Part shown: piece by piece, positions 8,655 to 14,225 of the stretch
Position numbering within the stretch: the stretch's first letter is position 1
Layout of the letters: each line of letters begins with the position of its first letter
Assembly: GCA_963698035.1 (NCBI GenBank)
Contig: OY969114.1
Location: 690,001-722,000 of the forward strand
Origin: Candidatus Saccharimonadota bacterium
Lineage (GTDB): Archaea; Micrarchaeota; Micrarchaeia; Micrarchaeales; Micrarchaeaceae
Direction: 5' to 3'
DNA length: 32,000 nt
Program-made: the position numbers and the translations under genes
Notes under the pieces: model-generated
Seen by the model: the letters and a program-made list of their open reading frames with translations, nothing else
What the model was told of the DNA's origin: nothing
The model's database searches: none

Positions 8655-9140
8655 ATGAAATTTAAAGGCATGACTATAGAAAAACTAAAAGCCAAAGACC
8701 TGCCCAAAACTTCCAAGTTCGTACAAAACATAATCAACTCCCTTACTGTATACAACAAACAAGCCAGGGCTGTGTTTTCAAAAGAAATGTCTCCTAGCGG
8801 TTTGCGCAGAGAGCTTAAATACGGAACGCCTTTTGTAGTAAAGAACAAAAACGGCGAAATAATTGGGTTTTCAAATTATTACCCATCAGCTTCAGGAGTA
8901 GGATGGTTCGACTGGATCCTAATAGGCGGCTCTAACAGGAGAAAAGGTTTGGGTACTGCGCTATCGAAATACGTTCTTGCCTTTGCAAAGCGGCATGGAG
9001 AGCATGCGGTATGGCTGGATTCCCGCATTAACAATCACAAATCCATAAAACTGGCTAAAAAGCTCGGTTTCAAGAAGCTTGGAACATTCAGAAAGGCTTG
9101 GTATAAACAAGATTACTATCTTTGGCACAAAAACATCTAA
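8655..9140 (+). CDS. GNAT-family N-acetyltransferase
   Basis: Acetyl-CoA-binding motif RRKGLGTAL and KLAKKLGFKKLG. Start moved to ATG 8655 because the TATA-like TATTAAAATA at 8621-8630 is only 4 nt upstream of the track start TTG 8634. Confidence 0.8.
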   Translation: MKFKGMTIEKLKAKDLPKTSKFVQNIINSLTVYNKQARAVFSKEMSPSGLRRELKYGTPFVVKNKNGEIIGFSNYYPSASGVGWFDWILIGGSNRRKGLGTALSKYVLAFAKRHGEHAVWLDSRINNHKSIKLAKKLGFKKLGTFRKAWYKQDYYLWHKNI

Positions 9141-9150
9141 GTTATTCCCC

Positions 9151-9190
9151 CCTCATCCCCTGGGCTTGGGAGGCTTGGGACTTGGCTAGC
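9151..9190 (+). repeat. G-rich post-stop spacer element (GGGCTT family)
   Basis: CCTCATCCCCTGGGCTTGGGAGGCTTGGGACTTGGCTAGC, between convergent stops at 9140 and 9199. Confidence 0.5.
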
Positions 9191-9198
9191 TTCGAAGC

Positions 9199-9828
9199 TT
9201 AGTACTTCTTCCATTTCCCTTCAGAAATAACCTTTATTCTGCCATTAATATATACAATTCCTGAATTGTCGTCGAGTGCATACAGGCTGCCCTCTACTCT
9301 TTTTGCAGCCTTCCTAAGATATCTATCTCTTAATTTAGGAAAATAGGGAGAGTTAAAATGCGAGCGCACGTTAAAATCTATATAGCCAAGTCCGGCAGGT
9401 GTGGTCCTTTTCTCTTCTCTATACAGGAACTCAGAACTTGAAAAGAGCCTTTTTGCTGTGATTATGCTACCTGCACTTATACCAACGTATATCCTATTCC
9501 TTAATAGAGCTGGAAGCTCTCGCTTTAAGCCAGATTTTATCACCCAGCTCATAAGATATCTTGTATCCCCTCCCCCAACAACAATGACGTTAGCCTCCTT
9601 GAGTCTTGGTAGCCATATTTTCTTGTTTAATGCTGAGATGTCTACTATGTCAACGGGGCCGAGCTTCTCGCATTCGTTATAATTTTTAATGAGCCAGTCC
9701 TTCTCGTCCTCTGTTACGTTTGCCGCTGTGGGTATGAACGCGATCCTTATCTTCCCTTTCACCATCCTCTTTAGCGCGGTAGCCAATGACCTATTCGTAA
9801 TCCCTGCGGAAGTTAAAAGTAATTTCAT
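9199..9828 (-). CDS. Peptidase family S51 (peptidase E / cyanophycinase-like)
   Basis: MKLLLTSAGITN..IAFIPTAA..VVGGGDT..VGISAGSII (nucleophile elbow). ATG 9828 is preceded by GGTGAGAAGGAAG; the track start TTG 9846 is less likely. Confidence 0.75.
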   Translation of the reverse strand: MKLLLTSAGITNRSLATALKRMVKGKIRIAFIPTAANVTEDEKDWLIKNYNECEKLGPVDIVDISALNKKIWLPRLKEANVIVVGGGDTRYLMSWVIKSGLKRELPALLRNRIYVGISAGSIITAKRLFSSSEFLYREEKRTTPAGLGYIDFNVRSHFNSPYFPKLRDRYLRKAAKRVEGSLYALDDNSGIVYINGRIKVISEGKWKKY

Positions 9829-9902
9829 GAACTTCCTTCTCACCAAAGCCTTAAAACCCTTTCAAACCTCCTGGGACCTAGCTTGCGTCCTTGCTCAAGG
9901 GC

Positions 9903-9917
9903 CCAGGGGCTTGGACT
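9903..9917 (+). repeat. G-rich post-stop spacer element (GGGGCTT)
   Basis: CCAGGGGCTTGGACT. GGGGCTT at 9906-9912 is 5 nt from the stop at 9918-9920. Confidence 0.5.
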
Positions 9918-10373
9918 TTAAGGCTTGAGCTTCCTACTCATCCAGAAAAAAGCATTTCCCTTTTTGAATCCCTGCTTTCCAGCGAACCTTATGGCCGTCT
10001 TGTCTTTTGCGTTGGCCCAAAGGTAAATGTAGTTCACGCCTCTTTGCTTCAACCTGCGATAGGCCTCGGAGTGGAGCATTTGTGCAACGCCCATGTGCCT
10101 GTACTTTTTAGGTATCGCTATGTAGACAAAACATGCCACGCCATTTGGCCTGCGCGTATCTGAGCTTTTGGTATTCGCATAGAAAAAACCTACCGGGGTC
10201 TTCCGGTCCTCCGCAACAAGAAATATGCCGGACGGGTTCTTTATGGACCATTTGAACTCCGAGGTGTTCATGAATGGCTCGTCATTGTTCACTTTCAGCT
10301 CTGGAATCCCCAATCCAATCTTATATAGCGCGCCGAAATCTTTCATTGTTGCAGTGCGTATTTTGATTGACAT
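9918..10373 (-). CDS. GNAT-family N-acetyltransferase
   Basis: VYIAIPKKYRHMGVAQML...AGKQGFKKG, a typical GNAT core. Only 8 nt separate it from the next GNAT. Confidence 0.8.
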   Translation of the reverse strand: MSIKIRTATMKDFGALYKIGLGIPELKVNNDEPFMNTSEFKWSIKNPSGIFLVAEDRKTPVGFFYANTKSSDTRRPNGVACFVYIAIPKKYRHMGVAQMLHSEAYRRLKQRGVNYIYLWANAKDKTAIRFAGKQGFKKGNAFFWMSRKLKP

Positions 10374-10381
10374 AACATCAA

Positions 10382-10837
10382 CTATCTCAAATCCTTAATG
10401 AAAACAAACGCATCAGTATTTCCCCAAAGCCTTTTGACATATCCAGCTTTCTTGAATCCGTGCTTGATGTTGTATTTGTAGGCGATCCTGTTGCCGACAT
10501 CCTCTTCCCCTACAAGTTTCCTAATGCCATTCTTCTTTGCCAGTACAATCAGCCTTTCCATCAAGGCAGATCCCAGGCCAAGCCTTCTGTACTTCGGCTT
10601 TATGTAAACGTCTTCAATGTGCCAATGCCTGCTCCATATGCTTCCATAGACAAGATAGCCGACAGTTACACCATCGACAATTGCAACAAGGGTCTTTTTT
10701 CCCTTGATGCGGTCTTTTACATACTCCTCTCCGAACTTTGGGTTTTCCTTCCACCAATCAAGCCAGGCCGTCTTGCTCAGTTTCTCTAGCTGCGCGAAAT
10801 CTCTTGCTGTAGCATATCTGATACTTACCTTTTGCAT
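10382..10837 (-). CDS. GNAT-family N-acetyltransferase
   Basis: IEDVYIKPKYRRLGLGSALMERL...KHGFKKAG. Its own TATA (minus strand AAAAGCATAAATAAAC, 10856-10871) lies about 29 nt upstream of ATG 10837. Confidence 0.8.
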   Translation of the reverse strand: MQKVSIRYATARDFAQLEKLSKTAWLDWWKENPKFGEEYVKDRIKGKKTLVAIVDGVTVGYLVYGSIWSRHWHIEDVYIKPKYRRLGLGSALMERLIVLAKKNGIRKLVGEEDVGNRIAYKYNIKHGFKKAGYVKRLWGNTDAFVFIKDLR

Positions 10838-10871
10838 ACAACCTGATATGAACCAGTTTATTTATGCTTTT

Positions 10872-10886
10872 CTTAGGGGCTTAAGT
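10872..10886 (+). repeat. G-rich post-stop spacer element (GGGGCTT)
   Basis: CTTAGGGGCTTAAGT. GGGGCTT at 10876-10882 is 4 nt from the stop at 10887-10889. Confidence 0.5.
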
Positions 10887-11279
10887 TTACCCGTACCCTC
10901 TTCCTCTAGGCAGGTACAGCAGCTCTATCACCAATCCATCGGGATCCTTGAATGAGACAGAGTAATATCCCTTCACATACTCTGGGTGTTCTTCTGCCCT
11001 GTAAAGAGTGCTGAACTTGTTCTTATCCAACAGCCTTTGCATATCGTCAACCCGCTTCCTTGAGCTGGCGCTTATGGCTATGTGGTGATAACCTATGCGC
11101 TCCATGGAATAGTCCGTCTTTTTCCTCTTATGGAGCCAGAAGCTGAATGTGCTGTTCCAGTATGCAGGAGAATTAGGTATTCTCTTAAGCCCAAGAAATG
11201 GCAGTATCTTGCTGTAGAACTTCATAGATCTCTTAATATCGCTCACGTTTATGACTACGTGGGTAATTCTTGCTTCCAT
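10887..11279 (-). CDS. VOC-superfamily protein (glyoxalase / bleomycin-resistance / dioxygenase fold)
   Basis: ITHVVINVSDIKRSMKFYSKIL...GYHHIAI...YYSVSFKDPDGLVIEL. TATA (minus strand GAAAGGAATTTAATATTATAG, 11294-11314) lies about 27 nt upstream. Confidence 0.75.
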   Translation of the reverse strand: MEARITHVVINVSDIKRSMKFYSKILPFLGLKRIPNSPAYWNSTFSFWLHKRKKTDYSMERIGYHHIAISASSRKRVDDMQRLLDKNKFSTLYRAEEHPEYVKGYYSVSFKDPDGLVIELLYLPRGRGYG

Positions 11280-11360
11280 ATCCTTCTACCTCACTATAAT
11301 ATTAAATTCCTTTCGACCTCGCCGTACCGTCATGCATGCTCGGCCCGGCCCCATCGCCTA

Positions 11361-11392
11361 GCGGGCGCCCCTCTCCGGATCTAGGGGCTTAG
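11361..11392 (+). repeat. G-rich post-stop spacer element (long form)
   Basis: GCGGGCGCCCCTCTCCGGATCTAGGGGCTTAG. It shares GGGCGCCCCTC...GGGGCTTA with 11915-11944. Confidence 0.55.
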
Positions 11393-11403
11393 GATTCTAA
11401 TGC

Positions 11404-11829
11404 TTAAGCCGGAGTCAATCTCAACCCAGGCACGGGAGAAGTTTCTTTTCTTAGATTGAACCCCTCAATTTTGTGGGATTCTCTTCCCCATACCCACTGT
11501 ACTGTATGCCAAGAACCTTCTCTGCCCCAGGCAGTTAGCACATGCCCGGTTGGTTCCGAGGTCGATTCTGTTACCTTTACTTCAATATGGACATATTCAC
11601 GTGTATCTCCAGCTGCTGGGCCTATATACACTATGCCCATCTTAGAATCTTCATAGAGATGCACCTCTCCGTTTGCTTTGCCTTTTTCTGAAAGCGCCTG
11701 CCTTTTTGCTGCATCAAGAACAGCAGATGTTCTTACGTCTACACCGGTCGCGCTCTTCAATCTTGTTTCAATAATCTTCAAAAGATCTAATGGCACTTGT
11801 CTATCTGCAGGTCTCGATACATCCGGCAT
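11404..11829 (-). CDS. Hypothetical protein (141 aa), no family recognised
   Basis: Clean ORF with a consensus BRE/TATA 38 nt upstream of the ATG. Begins MPDVSRPADR. Confidence 0.6.
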   Translation of the reverse strand: MPDVSRPADRQVPLDLLKIIETRLKSATGVDVRTSAVLDAAKRQALSEKGKANGEVHLYEDSKMGIVYIGPAAGDTREYVHIEVKVTESTSEPTGHVLTAWGREGSWHTVQWVWGRESHKIEGFNLRKETSPVPGLRLTPA

Positions 11830-11857
11830 TTAATCACGATAGGTCTCAATCCTTTTA

Positions 11858-11872
11858 GATATTTATACTTTA
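11858..11872 (-). promoter_or_regulatory. BRE/TATA box
   Basis: The minus strand reads AAAGTATAAATATCTAAAAGG. The TATAAATA starts 38 nt upstream of ATG 11829. Confidence 0.6.
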
Positions 11873-11914
11873 GGTTGCGACTGCTCTAGAGAGTCTAGGG
11901 ACTCCCGCCCGCGC

Positions 11915-11944
11915 CCTGGGGCGCCCCTCCCAAGCTGGGGCTTA
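11915..11944 (+). repeat. G-rich post-stop spacer element (long form)
   Basis: CCTGGGGCGCCCCTCCCAAGCTGGGGCTTA. The final TTA is the stop codon of the 11942-12934 gene. Confidence 0.55.
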
Positions 11945-12934
11945 CGTTTCCACCATCTCCTGCCTGAAATCTTCCACTATGCTTGGCTTGCTTGGTCTGA
12001 CCAAAGCTGCCGGTCCTGCAACATCAGTTATTGCAAGATATACAATCTCTGTAACTTCGGTTGTATTGCGTCCCTCTTCCACTTTTTCTTCACCGTCATA
12101 TCCAGAGACATGAAAACGCTCTCCGACAACAATTCTATTTCTAGCCTCTTTATTTAAATTGACGTTTATCGGTTCCCATCCTCTACTTCGATCTGCGGAT
12201 CCCTCCATCCTGCCTGTTTTGTCTATATGATAGATGTTTCCAGATTCGGTTCTAAAATAGACTGCCTCTATCTCCCCGTTTAATAGTGCATCAAGTCTAA
12301 AGTCTGCTACGCTTACCTTAGGCAAAGTCTTTTCAGCTTCATTTTCTGGTCTTTTTCCTCTCAAATGTGCAGAAGCGGGTTTCTTTGGAGTTTTTCCTCC
12401 TCCTGGTTTTTGATTGGGACCTTCTTGATCTACTAAAATCACCAATCCGGCTCCATAATCATCTACAATCTTTCTCTGTTTCACAGCTTCGGCCCTTGGC
12501 GCTATGCCGAGGTCGGCATAGAGCTCCATGAAGAATGCCGTAACATCTGTCCTTGCATACCTTATATCAGGATGCATGTATGTAATGCTCCCTTTCATCT
12601 CATCGTCAAGTCTTTTTGCAAACTCATTAAAACTACCTTGTCCCTCAGCATACTTTAGTATGGAAAGCGCATCTATCTGTCTTCCAGAGTACTCTCTACC
12701 TATTCTTTCCGCGGTTGCCCTGTGCTCCGACTTAAACATTTCGTTTATGGTATCTTTTAGATCTGGCACATCCGGCATTTTTGGTATTTCGCCAGCATCC
12801 ATTGGAACGCCTGGTAACAGATACACCCTCATCTTTCTTCCTGTAAATCTTTCGTCAGAAGAGACCGAACTCATTCCTACATCAATGTATCTTACTGTAA
12901 TCCCACCTCTCTGTTCCTTTTGTATCTGTGGCAT
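11942..12934 (-). CDS. Hypothetical protein (330 aa), two globular halves joined by a Lys/Pro/Gly-rich linker, no family recognised
   Basis: Clean ORF with a consensus BRE/TATA 38 nt upstream. Linker QEGPNQKPGGGKTPKKPASAHLRGKRPENEAEK. Confidence 0.6.
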   Translation of the reverse strand: MPQIQKEQRGGITVRYIDVGMSSVSSDERFTGRKMRVYLLPGVPMDAGEIPKMPDVPDLKDTINEMFKSEHRATAERIGREYSGRQIDALSILKYAEGQGSFNEFAKRLDDEMKGSITYMHPDIRYARTDVTAFFMELYADLGIAPRAEAVKQRKIVDDYGAGLVILVDQEGPNQKPGGGKTPKKPASAHLRGKRPENEAEKTLPKVSVADFRLDALLNGEIEAVYFRTESGNIYHIDKTGRMEGSADRSRGWEPINVNLNKEARNRIVVGERFHVSGYDGEEKVEEGRNTTEVTEIVYLAITDVAGPAALVRPSKPSIVEDFRQEMVET

Positions 12935-12960
12935 AACATCACAAAGCCCTTCACTTTATC

Positions 12961-12977
12961 CAGATATTTATAGCTTT
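12961..12977 (-). promoter_or_regulatory. BRE/TATA box
   Basis: The minus strand reads AAAGCTATAAATATCTG. The TATAAATA starts 38 nt upstream of ATG 12934. Confidence 0.6.
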
Positions 12978-13009
12978 CTGGGAGGTTCACGAGGCAGAGA
13001 GGCCTAGCA

Positions 13010-13119
13010 ATCCCCTCCAGTCTAGCCCTTGTGCGGTTCTATTGGCCAGGCTTGGTTGGGAGGTTCTATATGTGGTGTATATATCCGAGACTTTCAAGGC
13101 TGGTTGGGTTTATCTTGCC
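13010..13119 (+). repeat. Intergenic element R2, right copy of the diverged direct repeat (partner at 8039-8172)
   Basis: TGGTTGGGAGGTTCTATATGTGGTGTATATATCCGAGACTTTCAAGGCTGGTTGGGTTT aligns to R1 at about 74% identity with one 1-nt gap, in the same orientation. Confidence 0.7.
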
Positions 13120-13236
13120 CGAGCTTTGCCGCAAAGTCCGCTGCAGCGGCCGAGCAGCCTGCGAAACGGTTAAAATGCTATATTATTATTGTTATATGCC
13201 ACATGGCTTTTTGTTTTCACCCAACCAGATGGTAAT

Positions 13237-13872
13237 ATGCAGCATAAGACCAATACAATACGCAACAGGACGCTGTGGAACAGGGGCGTAGGGCACCTCT
13301 CCAGGAGCGACCGTGTTCTTGCTAGGGTCATAAAAAAGGTAGGCCCCATAAAGGTCGATCCGCCAGATGACTATTACGAGCACATCGTTGGCTCAATAAT
13401 ATACCAGCAGATATCGGGCAGAGCCGGCGACTCGATATTGAAGAAGTTCAGGAGCCTCTACAACGGCAGGATACCATCGCCAAAGAGGTTCCTGGCCACT
13501 CCCGAGAAGAAGGTCAGGGGCGCGGGCGTATCACCGCAGAAGTACTCCTACCTCGTGGACCTCTGCACAAGGATACAGGATGGAAAGCTGGAGCTCAGCA
13601 AATTTGAGAGCATGGATGACGAGGACATAATAGAGGAGCTGGACGAAGTGCGAGGAATAGGAAGGTGGACCGCAGAGATGTTCCTGATGTTCAGCCTCGG
13701 CAGGACCAACATAGTGCCCAGGGATGACCTGGGGATAAAGAACGCGATAATGAGGGTGTACGGGCTCAAGTCGCACCCGAGCGGCAGCAAGTTCTCAGAA
13801 CTCGCAGAGAAGTGGACGCCCTACGGCACGATAGCCTCCCTCTATCTCTGGAGAAGCGTCGATGATCGGTAG
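13237..13872 (+). CDS. alkA: HhH-GPD DNA glycosylase, AlkA / 3-methyladenine glycosylase II-like
   Basis: Helix-hairpin-helix LDEVRGIGRWTAEMFLMF followed by the catalytic-Asp region VPRDDLGIKNA. ATG 13237 preferred over the track start 13189. Confidence 0.75.
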   Translation: MQHKTNTIRNRTLWNRGVGHLSRSDRVLARVIKKVGPIKVDPPDDYYEHIVGSIIYQQISGRAGDSILKKFRSLYNGRIPSPKRFLATPEKKVRGAGVSPQKYSYLVDLCTRIQDGKLELSKFESMDDEDIIEELDEVRGIGRWTAEMFLMFSLGRTNIVPRDDLGIKNAIMRVYGLKSHPSGSKFSELAEKWTPYGTIASLYLWRSVDDR

Positions 13873-13878
13873 TACAAA

Positions 13879-14031
13879 TCACATTACGCTCCTGAGCCTC
13901 ATGCTCCCGAACGGGTGCAGGTTCTCCAGAAGGGTGCACTCGTCGCACTGCTTGCAGAGATCCCCAACGATGAACTTGCCTTCAGCCGTGACCCTGCACC
14001 CGCACCTTAGTATTATTTCCATATTATCCAT
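13879..14031 (-). CDS. Possible 50-aa Cys-rich small protein (below the ORF-track cutoff)
   Basis: Hand translation: MDNMEIILRCGCRVTAEGKFIVGDLCKQCDECTLLENLHPFGSMRLRSVM. It starts 4 nt after the stop of the upstream zinc-ribbon ORF, ends 6 nt before the alkA stop, and has a CxC...CxxCxxC pattern. Confidence 0.4.
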   Translation of the reverse strand: MDNMEIILRCGCRVTAEGKFIVGDLCKQCDECTLLENLHPFGSMRLRSVM

Positions 14032-14035
14032 GCTA

Positions 14036-14203
14036 TCAACCTGAATCAAAGTCCTTCCTCTTAAGCATCTTCTTCTCGCAGGTAATGCAGAGCGGATGCT
14101 TTGTGCCGTAGTCCACGATTATGTTGCGACCGCAGCCCCCGCACTGGGCAGGCATTGATTCCTGTATGTCCAGATCGTCTCTATTTTTTGTGTAATGAGG
14201 CAT
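14036..14203 (-). CDS. Small zinc-ribbon protein (55 aa)
   Basis: MPHYTKNRDDLDIQESMPAQCGGCGRNIIVDYGTKHPLCITCEKKM..., with two CxxC pairs. It starts 22 nt after the valS stop. The track start 14275 overlaps valS and is unlikely. Confidence 0.6.
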   Translation of the reverse strand: MPHYTKNRDDLDIQESMPAQCGGCGRNIIVDYGTKHPLCITCEKKMLKRKDFDSG

Positions 14204-14225
14204 AATATCCCGCGCACCTCGCCGG

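Noticed and set aside
8576-11945. Calling the accessory block a bona fide integron with attC sites
   Set aside because: The recurring core is CTTRRR rather than GTTRRRY. I could not find convincing paired inverse cores (RYYYAAC) or the usual imperfect palindrome. Each gene carries its own promoter, one gene is in the opposite orientation, and no intI-like integrase is in the window. I kept it only as a cassette-like hypothesis.
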